Positions 52,478 to 62,984 of a DNA stretch of 64,000 nt are shown in pieces; the stretch's first letter is position 1, and the number at the start of each line of letters is the position of its first letter. Below the pieces are notes generated by a model. The model was given only the letters and a program-made list of their open reading frames with translations, was not told the DNA's origin and made no database searches. The position numbers were made by a program, and so were the translations under genes. This DNA comes from Ignavibacteriota bacterium. Its GTDB lineage: Bacteria; Bacteroidota; Ignavibacteria; UBA10030; CAVZMI01. The stretch is from assembly GCA_963776275.1 (NCBI GenBank), contig CAVZMI010000023.1, positions 192,001 through 256,000 of the forward strand, in the 5' to 3' direction.

Positions 52478-53767
52478 TCATGTTTCCGAAGGCATATCTG
52501 AAATAATTCCCATCCTGATGTAAATCGGATGGAGAATTTTCCGGATCTCGGGCAGGTCGCGCGCAAACAGTAGAGCGCCTGACAAACATAAGACTCCATC
52601 AAAAAACAACGTCCACTGCACACCGATGGTCGTGGCCAGGCTGCCGGCCAGGAAACTTCCGAACGGAGCTATTCCCATAAAAGCCATGACATAAAAACTC
52701 ATCACGCGCCCGCGTTTATCGTCATCCGAAATTGTCTGGAGAATCGTATTGCTCGATGCCATCTGAACCATCATCCCTAATCCGGTGAGATACATGCAGA
52801 CCTCGGCAAGCCAGAAAACATTTATTGCAGAGAGGGCAATAAGTCCGGCTCCGAAAGTGCCTGCTGCATATGCTATTCGTTTTCCCAATCCCGCAACACT
52901 TTTCCGGGATGCCAGATACACTGCACCGGTGAGCGCACCCAGTCCTAATGCCGCCATCAGGAAACCGAATGTGTGCGGTCCGCCGTGTAGGATATCCTTC
53001 ACAAATACGGGCATAAGTACCGGCTGGACTCCCATAAGGCTTATCAGCGCGAGCAATAACAATATCGATCGGATGGGCCGGAATCCCAAAACATAGAGAA
53101 AACCCTCATGCAATTTTTTGATGACATGGTGCTCCTCATGTGTATGTGCGCGTTCCACCACATTCATTTTCAGGAGCGCTATGATTACCGCAATGAAACT
53201 GAGGCCGTTGAGCAGAAAACAGATGCCTTCTCCGAAAGCTGCGACGATGATTCCGGCAATCGAAGGTCCGATCAGTCGCGCTGAATTGACCAGCGAAGAA
53301 TTCAGGGCGATCGCATTTGCCAGATCTTCCCTGTTTCCTATCATTTCGATCATGAACGATTGCCTGACCGGCATATCAATGGAGTTGACAATCCCGAGGA
53401 GAATTCCGAGAACTACGATATGCCACACTGCAATCGTATTTGTCAACGTCAGGAGCGCAAGAATGAGAGCCTGTATCATGGCGATGGATTGCTCGAAAAC
53501 CAGAAGCCGGCGGCGGTTCCATCGGTCGGCAAAAACCCCCGCGAAGGGGGAAATTATAAACACTGGCAGCTGCGCCGAGAATGCGACAACTCCCAGCAAA
53601 AACGCAGACCCTGTGATGCTGTAGACGAGCCATGTCATCGCGATCTGCTGCATCCAGGTGCCGATGAGCGAGATTCCCTGTCCGATAAAAAAGAGTCGGA
53701 AGTTTCTGTGCCGAAGCGAACGGAAGAGAAGATCCGTCCGTAGCTTGATAGTGTCGTAAGAAATCAT
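52478..53767 (-). CDS. MFS transporter
   Basis: SLRHRNFRLFF.GQ.ISLIGTWMQ, ADRWNRRR, D.KRGRVM. The probable start is MISYD at 53767. Confidence 0.9.
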   Translation of the reverse strand: MISYDTIKLRTDLLFRSLRHRNFRLFFIGQGISLIGTWMQQIAMTWLVYSITGSAFLLGVVAFSAQLPVFIISPFAGVFADRWNRRRLLVFEQSIAMIQALILALLTLTNTIAVWHIVVLGILLGIVNSIDMPVRQSFMIEMIGNREDLANAIALNSSLVNSARLIGPSIAGIIVAAFGEGICFLLNGLSFIAVIIALLKMNVVERAHTHEEHHVIKKLHEGFLYVLGFRPIRSILLLLALISLMGVQPVLMPVFVKDILHGGPHTFGFLMAALGLGALTGAVYLASRKSVAGLGKRIAYAAGTFGAGLIALSAINVFWLAEVCMYLTGLGMMVQMASSNTILQTISDDDKRGRVMSFYVMAFMGIAPFGSFLAGSLATTIGVQWTLFFDGVLCLSGALLFARDLPEIRKILHPIYIRMGIISDMPSET

Positions 53768-53867
53768 ATCAGTTGCAATCAAGTCTTTGGTTTTGTACCT
53801 TAATCTACGAATCTCGATTTCTGATAGCAAGGGAAATAAAGCGTATTTCGGAATATTTGGAGAATGA

Positions 53868-54434
53868 ATGATGGCACTCCTAGAATCTCTTGATATCCCT
53901 CTCGGCACATTGATGCCGGCGTTTGAGTTGAAGGATCCTTCCGGTGCTGTGTACTCAGGTGAGACACTGTGCGGAGCAAAAGGACTCCTTATCGTGTTCA
54001 CCTGCAACCATTGTCCGTATGCGAAAGCTGTCTGGCCGCGCGTTATACGCATCAGCCAGTATGCAAAGCCGCTCGGTATTAATACGATAGCAATTAATCC
54101 GAATGTTCACCCCGACTATCCGGAAGATGCCCCTGGCGAAATGAAGAAGAAGATTAAGGAATGGGGAATTCCATTTCCGTACCTTATCGATGAATCGCAG
54201 GATGTCGCCCGGGCCTTCAAAGCGCAATGTACACCCGATCCATATCAGTTTGATGCCTCGAAAAGGCTGGTGTATCACGGCCGTGTCGACGATAACTGGC
54301 AAGATGAATCGAAGGTGAAGGTACAGGATTTGAAAAATGCCGTCACAGCGCTTGCTGAGGGAAAACCCATCGCAGCAGAACAATTCCCGGCTATGGGGTG
54401 CTCCATAAAATGGAGAGATGTAAAGAGTTTCTAA
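53868..54434 (+). CDS. Thioredoxin-family (AhpC/TSA) protein
   Basis: FTCNHCPY, FPYLIDESQ.VA, CTPD, YHGRVDD, GCSIKW. Confidence 0.88.
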   Translation: MMALLESLDIPLGTLMPAFELKDPSGAVYSGETLCGAKGLLIVFTCNHCPYAKAVWPRVIRISQYAKPLGINTIAINPNVHPDYPEDAPGEMKKKIKEWGIPFPYLIDESQDVARAFKAQCTPDPYQFDASKRLVYHGRVDDNWQDESKVKVQDLKNAVTALAEGKPIAAEQFPAMGCSIKWRDVKSF

Positions 54435-54461
54435 TTAAAAATGAAATAGCCAGGTTGTCGG

Positions 54462-56423
54462 GTGTTCCGCGAAGCGGACGCCCTTCGACCCGCCTTCCGC
54501 CATAAAAACTTGCGGACAGGCCGGCGGGCTCAGAGCAAGTATCGAGAAAACATCATTGTTCTAACGAGAATAATATCATTGAAGATAAATATATTTTTCT
54601 TCATACTTCTTTTCACTCCGGTTGTTCTTCCAGCCCAAAACGCATCGATCTTATCTGATGTTATGATCACAATGAGCGACAGTATTCAACTGGATGCGAC
54701 GATTACTCTGCCTGTGGGTTTTCCTCCTGTTGGTAATTCACCCGGTGTTGTGCTGGTTCATGGTTATGGTGGGAATAAAGGAGATATGTCGCCTTTATCA
54801 TCAATTCTCTCTTACAATGGATATGCATCAATAGCGTACAGTGTGCGCGGACAGGGAGGTTCGGGTGGCGAATCGACAACGATGGGCGAAAGGGAAAAAC
54901 AGGACCTCCAGGAAGTAATACAATACTTTCGCAGCACGGCGGGGATTGATAGCAACCGGATAGCCGTTGCAGGCGGCTCGCAGGGTGGGATTCATTCGTG
55001 GATGGCTGCTGTGTACAATATGCCCGGCGTGAAGGTCGTTGCGCCGTCGCTCGCGACTCCGCACTTTGCACTCGATCTTATTCCTGAAAATTGTGTTAAG
55101 CAGGGTCTCTATCGTGAGATGACACTCGGTTCTGTTCGTTATTCGACCGACCGTGATCGCGTAAAAAATTTTATCATTCAGGATCTTTATGACAGCGTAA
55201 AAGCATATGTCGATCAGCGTAATCTTGAGCGATGCATCGATAGCGTCCGGATTCCGGTGATACAGGGACTCGGCTGGACCGATATTCTCTTTCCGGTCAA
55301 TTCGGGAATCAGGGCGGCCGCAAATCTCTCACAGCGTCGTGTGCCGATCTGGTCATACTACGGGACGAACGGACACGGTTATGATGCAGATATCGATATT
55401 GTTGAAGCATTATTCTGGATATATGAAAATCTCTACTGGCTCAATCGCTGGCTGAAGGATGATACGCTTTCCGGAGATACTTTGCCGCGCGTATTCTATG
55501 CGGACGACAGGCCCGAATGGCCGCATCATATTACAGATAAATGGCCGCCTGATCCGGAGGGTATTCTTCGCCTCTATATAAATAGCGGCATGCTCAGTCC
55601 CGCCCCGCCGACAACAGAGAGTTCCGCATCTTTTTCATTAGTGTATGATTCCACATTTTCCTCCGATTCGGGTTGGATAGTCGGATACAGTGGACAGAGA
55701 TTTCTCAATGCATTTCAAAGCACACCTGCGCGATTTCTATCGGGACCCACGGTTGATACTATGGAGGTCACCGGTACTCCGGCAGTCAGTTTTCACGTGA
55801 GAAGCAACTCGACCCAATTTCAATCGCATATTCGTCTCTTCGATGTCGTTCAATCGGATACGGGAAATATATGGCAATTGATGACGAGGGGAACTTATGG
55901 AGTACGGGGATATAATCCGTCAGAGGTAATGGAAATAGGTTATGAATGTAATGCGCTGTCACATATTATTCCAGCAGGACACAGGATCGGTATCGAGATA
56001 ACATCGCTCGATATGGGCACGGCGGATATTGCATATACGATTCCATATTTCCGATCAACGTCGAGCACGGTTATCTCGTCGAATTTACAACCTTCGTACA
56101 TCAATCTGCCGCTTGTCGGGAGCGGGGCAGTGTCCTCGATACCACAATACAAAGAACCCTGCACTTTTTATTTATACCAGAATTATCCGAATCCATTCAA
56201 TTCGGCTACAAATATTTCGTTCACATTTCCCGCGCCATCGGAAGTAACACTCGAAGTATTTGATATTTTAGGTCGGCGAGTTGGGATTATTTATCATGGT
56301 CAGCTCAATGCCGGAAGCCATTCGATTCGATTTGATGGCAATGATTTACCGAGCGGCATCTATTTTTATAGGATGATAAGGGGCAAGGTAGTCGAAACCC
56401 GGAAGATGGTTCTTTTGAGGTGA
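54462..56423 (+). CDS. CocE/NonD (peptidase S15)-like alpha/beta hydrolase with T9SS C-terminal domain
   Basis: HGYGG, RGQGGSGG, GGSQGG nucleophile elbow, GHRIGIEI, QNYPNPFN. The true start is probably near 54580. Confidence 0.8.
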   Translation: MFREADALRPAFRHKNLRTGRRAQSKYRENIIVLTRIISLKINIFFFILLFTPVVLPAQNASILSDVMITMSDSIQLDATITLPVGFPPVGNSPGVVLVHGYGGNKGDMSPLSSILSYNGYASIAYSVRGQGGSGGESTTMGEREKQDLQEVIQYFRSTAGIDSNRIAVAGGSQGGIHSWMAAVYNMPGVKVVAPSLATPHFALDLIPENCVKQGLYREMTLGSVRYSTDRDRVKNFIIQDLYDSVKAYVDQRNLERCIDSVRIPVIQGLGWTDILFPVNSGIRAAANLSQRRVPIWSYYGTNGHGYDADIDIVEALFWIYENLYWLNRWLKDDTLSGDTLPRVFYADDRPEWPHHITDKWPPDPEGILRLYINSGMLSPAPPTTESSASFSLVYDSTFSSDSGWIVGYSGQRFLNAFQSTPARFLSGPTVDTMEVTGTPAVSFHVRSNSTQFQSHIRLFDVVQSDTGNIWQLMTRGTYGVRGYNPSEVMEIGYECNALSHIIPAGHRIGIEITSLDMGTADIAYTIPYFRSTSSTVISSNLQPSYINLPLVGSGAVSSIPQYKEPCTFYLYQNYPNPFNSATNISFTFPAPSEVTLEVFDILGRRVGIIYHGQLNAGSHSIRFDGNDLPSGIYFYRMIRGKVVETRKMVLLR

Positions 56424-56570
56424 GAAAGCGATGATTTTCTTTCGCCCCCTACGGCCTACGGCTCGTAGGGGTCGTTGACCTCCGGGGCTTTAGTTTAATA
56501 TGGAAGCCTTTTCAATCTATTATCGAATCCCGAATTTCGGATTCAACATCCCAATACCATAACCCATGTT

Positions 56571-57175
56571 TATTGGAGCTAAGACCCGTAGGGTCGATAG
56601 ATTATAACCCACATCCATTCTCCGTATACTCTGTTGCCACGGATGTGGGGTTGGCCACCTCAATACATAGGAGAGCCCCCGCAGGGGGCGTAAGACCACA
56701 GATCTGTAACCTGTATTCGTTCTAATTATTAGAACTAAGACCCGTAGGGTCGATAGATCATAACCCACATCCATTCTCCGTATACTCTGTTGCCATGGAT
56801 GTGGGGTTGGCCACCTCAATACATAGCAGAGCCCCCGCAGGGGGCGTAAGACCACAGATCTGTAACCCGTATTCGTTCTAATTATTGGAGCTAAGACCCG
56901 TAGGGTCGATAGATTATAACCCACATCCATTCTCCGTATACTCTGTTGCCATGGATGTGGGGTTGGCCACCTCAATACATAGCAGAGCCCCTGCAGGGGG
57001 CGTAAGACCACAGATCTGTAACCTGTATTCGTTCTAATTATTAGAACTAAGACCCGTAGGGTCGATAGATCATAACCCACATCCATTCTCCGTATACTCT
57101 GTTGCCATGGATGTGGGGTTGGCCACCTCAATACATAGCAGAGCCCCTGCAGGGGGGCGTAAGACTACAGATCTG
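56571..57175. repeat. Four tandem 156-bp REP-containing units
   Basis: AAGACCCGTAGGGTC starts at 56581, 56737, 56893 and 57049. Confidence 0.9.
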
Positions 57176-57190
57176 GAGGATTGTAAGATT

Positions 57191-57644
57191 ATGAGTCATA
57201 CCTACATTCAATTATATTTACATTGTGTATTTGGAACAAAAAACCGTTTACCCTACCTGAAAGATAATCTAAGGCCTCAGAATATTCGCTTACATGGGAG
57301 GGATAGTACGCGAACTCGGTGGAATACCTATCAGGATTAATGGGTCAAGAGATCATGTCCATATGCTTATCACTCTTCCTGCGCGGATGTCGGTCTCTGA
57401 AATAATGCGTATTGTGAAAACAAATTCTTCGCGCTGGGCACATGAATTATCATCAGAGAATAGTGACTTTGAATGGCAAACGGGATATGGAGCTTTCAGT
57501 ATTAGTAAATCAAATCTTAATGCAGTCGCAGAATATATTGTTCGACAGGAGGAACATCATCGAAGAAAAGATTTTATAACTGAGTATATAGAATTACTAT
57601 CAATGCATGGGATTGAATTTGATGAGAGGTACCTCTGGGATTGA
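57191..57644 (+). CDS. tnpA: IS200/IS605-family Y1 transposase (RAYT-like), frameshift near 57280
   Basis: MSHTYIQLYLHCVFGTK, then DHVHML, FEWQTGYGAFS, YIVRQEEHH. Confidence 0.88.
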
Positions 57645-57885
57645 TATGATTTTCTTTCGCCCCTCCGGGGCTTTGGGCTAAAGATGCTTTATCAAGACCA
57701 TGACTCACGTCATGGTCAAAGGTCTGACGCCACTCCGTGGCTTGATTGGTTTTCTTTCGCCCCCTACGGCCTACGGCTCGTAGAGGTCGTTGACCTCCGG
57801 GGCTTTAGTTTAATATGGAAGCCTTTTCAATCTATTATCGAATCCCGAATTTCGGATTCAACATCCCAATACCATAACCCATGTT

Positions 57886-58326
57886 TATTGGAGCTAAGAC
57901 CCGTAGGGTCGATAGATTATAACCCACATCCATTCTCCGTATACTCTGTTGCCACGGATGTGGGGTTGGCCACCTCAATACATAGGAGAGCCCCCGCAGG
58001 GGGCGTAAGACCACAGATCTGTAACCTGTATTCGTTCTAATTATTAGAACTAAGACCCGTAGGGTCGATAGATCATAACCCACATCCATTCTCCGTATAC
58101 TCTGTTGCCATGGATGTGGGGTTGGCCACCTCAATACATAGCAGAGCCCCCGCAGGGGGCGTAAGACCACAGATCTGTAACCCGTATTCGTTCTAATTAT
58201 TGGAGCTAAGACCCGTAGGGTCGATAGATTATAACCCACATCCATTCTCCGTATACTCTGTTGCCATGGATGTGGGGGTTGCCATCTAAATATATAGCAG
58301 AGCCCCTGTAGGGGGCGTAAGACCAA
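57886..58326. repeat. Three tandem 156-bp REP-containing units
   Basis: The unit starts at 57896, 58052 and 58208. Confidence 0.9.
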
Positions 58327-58332
58327 CTCGTC

Positions 58333-58722
58333 TCAGAAAAACCACCGGAAAGGCCATGGCCTCGGGATTGCCAGCAGCATGAGAGCGGCTCCGAGTAATG
58401 CCATGTTCTTCATGAAGTTGATCATCTCGCCCATCTTCATCTGCGGATCCTGAATCTTCCAGAAATTGTGCATCATGAATGAAACCGGAATAAGGAAAAG
58501 AGCGAGTGAAAGAACTCCCAGACGGACGTATGCTCCAAGAAGAATCGTTATCCCGCCGACCAGCAGCAATAAACCCGAGAGAGAAACCGCGGCTCCCGGA
58601 AGAGGAACCCCTTTCATTTTGGAGTATTCGGACATCATCTTCAACCGCCTGAAATGATTAATGCCGCTAAAAATGAAGTACCCGCCGAAGATAATTCTCC
58701 CGATGACAAATAAAATTTCCAT
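58333..58722 (-). CDS. DoxX family membrane protein
   Basis: IGRI..GGYF..SG.NH, MHNFW, F.KN.ALLGA. Confidence 0.88.
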   Translation of the reverse strand: MEILFVIGRIIFGGYFIFSGINHFRRLKMMSEYSKMKGVPLPGAAVSLSGLLLLVGGITILLGAYVRLGVLSLALFLIPVSFMMHNFWKIQDPQMKMGEMINFMKNMALLGAALMLLAIPRPWPFRWFF

Positions 58723-58861
58723 CAGTGCACTCCTTTCATTGGATAATGATTATGTATAGCAATTCTACAAAATTGACAAGTAAAATGCAATATGGTGGAT
58801 TTTCTCAAAAAACCTTATACTATGTATATAGAGCGCCCTCTAAAACCAGGAATAATATACT

Positions 58862-59995
58862 ATGCATCGACTAAAACAAATCATCGGTACAAGAAATAGA
58901 GTAGTAATTAAAATCGGCACAAATCTTCTTGCTGACAAGGTAAAAGGAGTCAATCCGGAAAAAATCGATGAGATTGCCTCAAGTGTTGCTTTCCTCAAAT
59001 CGCTTGGTAAGGAAGTAGCGATCGTGAGCTCGGGAGCAATCGGTGCCGGCATTGCCGCCTTAAAACTTCAAACGCGGCCAAGATCAATTCCGGAGAAACA
59101 GGCAACCGCAGCGGTCGGTCAGCCTTTGCTAATGGAAGCGTACGAAACCGCCTTCAGAAAACAGGGGATCGATATCGCTCAGATTCTGTTGACGAAGGAT
59201 GACTTCATAAACCGCGGGCGATATGTCAACGCAAAAAATACGTTCTCGGTCATTTTTGAAAAAGGCGTTGTGCCGGTGATTAATGAAAATGATTCTGTCG
59301 CTGTCGAAGAAATAAAGCTTGGTGACAACGACAATCTCTCGGCACTGGTGGCAAACCTCATCGAAGCGGATGTACTTGTGATTCTGACAGATATCGACGG
59401 ATTGTTTACCGATGATCCCTCAAGAAACATGAAAGCCGAATTGATTCCAGTCGTCGAAAAAATTACCGCTCAGGTTGAAAAACTTGCCAAGAAAAGCGGA
59501 AGCGATTTGAGTACCGGCGGCATGATTACAAAAATTCAGGCAGCCAAGCGATGCGTATCGGCAGGGATTGCCATGATCATTGCAAACGGCACAAATCCAG
59601 GGGCGATCGAAGAAATATTTTCCGGGAATTTTAGGGGAACACTGTTCTTGCCCAGAGAAACCAATCTAAATGTCCGTAAAAAATGGATCGGATTTATTTC
59701 GCACTCGAAAGGCTTCGTTATAGTGGATGATGGGGCGAAAGAAGCGCTGTTAAAAAAATATAAAAGCCTGCTTCCATCCGGAATTCTCGAGGTGCAGGGA
59801 GATTTCAGCGCAAATGATACCATCGCTGTGAAGGACGTCGAAAGAAACGAAATTGCGAAAGGTGTATCAGAATATTCTTCAGACGATCTCAAAAAAATCA
59901 AGGGAAAAAAGACGAGCGATATTGAAGAAATATTGCACTGTAAACAGTGCGACGAAGTCATTCATAAAGATAATCTTGTCATTACCGGAGAATAA
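58862..59995 (+). CDS. proB: Glutamate 5-kinase
   Basis: VVIKIGT, VSSGAI, INENDSV, GDND, TGGMITK and a PUA domain. Confidence 0.96.
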   Translation: MHRLKQIIGTRNRVVIKIGTNLLADKVKGVNPEKIDEIASSVAFLKSLGKEVAIVSSGAIGAGIAALKLQTRPRSIPEKQATAAVGQPLLMEAYETAFRKQGIDIAQILLTKDDFINRGRYVNAKNTFSVIFEKGVVPVINENDSVAVEEIKLGDNDNLSALVANLIEADVLVILTDIDGLFTDDPSRNMKAELIPVVEKITAQVEKLAKKSGSDLSTGGMITKIQAAKRCVSAGIAMIIANGTNPGAIEEIFSGNFRGTLFLPRETNLNVRKKWIGFISHSKGFVIVDDGAKEALLKKYKSLLPSGILEVQGDFSANDTIAVKDVERNEIAKGVSEYSSDDLKKIKGKKTSDIEEILHCKQCDEVIHKDNLVITGE

Positions 59996-59997
59996 CC

Positions 59998-61251
59998 ATG
60001 ATCGCTGATGTCGTCATACGAAAGGCACGATCGGTCAAAGAGGCGAGTAGAGTATTGTACACTCTCTCGACGCAAAACAAAAACGAATTGCTTGGGAAAA
60101 TTATTATGTCTCTTCAGCGGGAAACACCCGCAATTCTCAAGGCAAACACGAAAGACTTAAATAACGCCGGGAAGATTAAACTGCCGAAGGTGTTGATCGA
60201 TAGACTGACGCTGGACGAGAAAAGAATCGGCCTGATGATCGGTGGAGTCGAAGACGTCATTGTGCTTCCGGATCCGGTCGGGCAGACCTTTGAGAAGAGT
60301 CAACGGCCGAACGGACTTATCGTCGAGAAAATGCGTGTGCCCCTCGGTGCCGTCGGTATAATCTATGAAGCACGTCCGAATGTGACGATCGATGCATCGG
60401 TGCTCTGCCTGAAATCAGGTAATGCCGTGCTGCTCCGGGGTGGCTCGGAGGCCATTCATACAAATAAGAAACTCGTTGAAATCATTAAATTCGCTTTGAA
60501 GGAAACGAAGCTTCCTGCGGGATGCGTGGAATTTATCGACACTACGGACAGGAGAGCAGTGAAGGTTATGCTTAAACAGGATGACTCACTCGACGTCATT
60601 ATTCCACGGGGAAGTCAACAGCTCATTCGATATATTCAGGAAAACTCGTCTGTACCGGTGATTGCACACGGTGAAGGGAATTGTCACGTCTATGTCGATG
60701 GTTCCGCCGATCTCGCACAGGCCTCGGAAATTGTATTTAACGCCAAAGTACAGCGGCCTTCTGTTTGTAATGCGGCAGAGAAATTACTGGTGCATGAGAA
60801 TATAGCGGCGGAATTTCTTCCGGTCATCGTGCAGAGGTTGCGCGGTGCGGGAGTGGAGGTTAAGGGTGATAAAAAAACCCGATTGATTATTAAGGATGTC
60901 ATACCTGCCGGCGAAACCGACTGGTATAAAGAATATCTCGATCTTATTATCGCGGTCAAAGTAGTAAAAAATCTGGATGACGCAATCAATCATATCAATC
61001 GATATGGTTCTCATCATTCCGATGCGATTGTTACCGGTGAAGAAGGGCACGGTGAGAGGTTTCTCCGCGAAGTCGATTCGGCGGCGGTCTACGTCAATGC
61101 CTCAACCCGGTTTACCGATGGATTCGAGTTCGGACTCGGTGCAGAAATCGGCATCAGCACGCAGAAGCTCCATGCACGCGGTCCGATGGGGCTCACCGAA
61201 CTCACCAGCACGAAATTTATCGTGCACGGCTGGGGGCAGGTGAGAAGATAA
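59998..61251 (+). CDS. proA: Gamma-glutamyl phosphate reductase
   Basis: VPLGAVGIIYEARPNV, CNAAE, NASTRFTDG, GISTQKLHARGP. Confidence 0.97.
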   Translation: MIADVVIRKARSVKEASRVLYTLSTQNKNELLGKIIMSLQRETPAILKANTKDLNNAGKIKLPKVLIDRLTLDEKRIGLMIGGVEDVIVLPDPVGQTFEKSQRPNGLIVEKMRVPLGAVGIIYEARPNVTIDASVLCLKSGNAVLLRGGSEAIHTNKKLVEIIKFALKETKLPAGCVEFIDTTDRRAVKVMLKQDDSLDVIIPRGSQQLIRYIQENSSVPVIAHGEGNCHVYVDGSADLAQASEIVFNAKVQRPSVCNAAEKLLVHENIAAEFLPVIVQRLRGAGVEVKGDKKTRLIIKDVIPAGETDWYKEYLDLIIAVKVVKNLDDAINHINRYGSHHSDAIVTGEEGHGERFLREVDSAAVYVNASTRFTDGFEFGLGAEIGISTQKLHARGPMGLTELTSTKFIVHGWGQVRR

Positions 61252-61437
61252 AAGTAGAAGTTAAAATGTATAAAGGAAATCCTTATAGAGTTGAGATGAA
61301 GAATTCTTGACTCTCGCATAAAAAATCTTAGATTATTATTATGTATTTCAAACCTGATCAGAGTTAACGATCAGGTTTGTATTTTAAAAAGGCCGGTTCC
61401 GGAATAAGGCGGTTCCAGTATTGATCGAGGAGGAGTA

Positions 61438-62872
61438 ATGGGTAGGGTAGCGGGTTTTCTTGAATATGAACGAATCAATCCCACGCAACGCCCGGTGGAA
61501 GAAAGGATTCACGATTATCGTGAATTTTTGCATCTTCCTCCCGAGGAAGAAATGAAACGCCAGGGAGCGCGCTGCATTGACTGCAGTGTTCCCTATTGTC
61601 ATTCTATCGGTTGTCCGCTCGGTAACATCATCCCGGATTGGAACGATCTTGTATATCAGGGAAAATGGAAGAAAGCATATGAACGTCTTGAACTAACAGA
61701 CAATTTTTCGGAAATCACCGGCAGAATTTGTCCTGCTCCCTGTGAAGCTGCCTGCACACTGGCTGCCAACGACAATGCGGTATCGATAAAAAACATCGAG
61801 CTCTCCATCATTGAAAGGGCTTTCAATGAAGGCTGGATTGTTCCGCATCCACCTACGTTCGAAACCGGAAAACGTGTCGCCGTGATCGGTTCCGGACCAG
61901 CAGGACTCGCCGCTGCACAGCAGCTGCGACGGGCCGGACATTCCGTCGTTCTTTATGAGAAATCCGACAGGATCGGTGGGATCCTTCGCTATGGCATCCC
62001 TGACTTTAAACTGGAAAAGACGGTTCTTGATAGACGGCTGGAGCAGATGAAACAGGAAGGAGTGCTCTTCGAAACAAATGTGAATGTCGGCAAAGACGTC
62101 TCTGCTGATGAATTGAAAAAAGACTTCGATGCTATCATCCTCACGCTCGGTGCGGGACAGCCGCGTGATTTGAAAGTACCCGGCAGGGAATTGCAGGGGA
62201 TTCACCTCGCGATGGATTATCTGACACAATCAAACTGCTTCGTCGCAGGGATGAAGAAAAAAGACGAAATCATCTGGGCTGAACAAAAAAATGTCCTTGT
62301 CATCGGCGGAGGTGATACCGGTTCCGACTGCGTCGGTACCGCTACCCGGCAGGGTGCGAAGAAAGTCTATCAATTCGAAATTCTTCCAAAACCGGATGAA
62401 TGGAGCGAATCGTATAATCCCGACTGGCCCGATTGGCCAAAATTCCTGAAAAGCTCATCGTCTCACGAAGAAGGCTGTGAACGTGAGTGGTCCCATCGGA
62501 ACCAGAAAGTTCACCGGCAAGGACGGGAAAGTTACATGCGGCTATTTCAATCGTGTGGAATGGAAAGAAAAGCCAGGGAAACAATTCGAGATGACCGATG
62601 TACCGGGCACGGAATTCACACAGGATGTCGATCTGGTTTTACTCGCCATGGGATTTTTGCACGTTGAGCATAATGATATTATTAAAAATTTGGGAATCGA
62701 ATTAGATCAGCGGGGTAACATCAGAACCGACGGGAATTATGCCACATCGGTGCAGGGAGTTTTTGCTGCAGGGGACGCGATGACCGGGGCTTCGCTGGTC
62801 GTTCGGGCAATCTGGCATGGAAGAGAGGCTGCAAAGTCCTGTAATAATTATTTGATGCGGCAAAAGAAGTGA
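61438..62872 (+). CDS. gltD: Glutamate synthase small subunit, frameshift near 62495
   Basis: RCIDCSVPYC..GCP, GRICPAPCE, GSGPAG, GGGDTGSDC. C-terminal FAAGD..GASLVV.AI..GR is in ORF 62477-62872. Confidence 0.9.
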
Positions 62873-62984
62873 ACTTTTTTTCCCGGGGAACTGTTTTTCA
62901 TTTCTGGAATCAATGAGTTCATTTATACTCAAGAGAATCTGAGTTTGATGCATACTGTTCTTTAATAATCTTGACAGTGATAGA

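Noticed and set aside
56571-58326. CRISPR array
   Set aside because: The units are 156 bp and near-identical throughout, with no unique spacers and no cas genes. They flank a Y1 transposase.
56520-58326. Repetitive ORFs 56520-57131 and 57835-58326
   Set aside because: The 52-aa periodicity simply reflects the 156-bp DNA repeat. No evidence of real coding.
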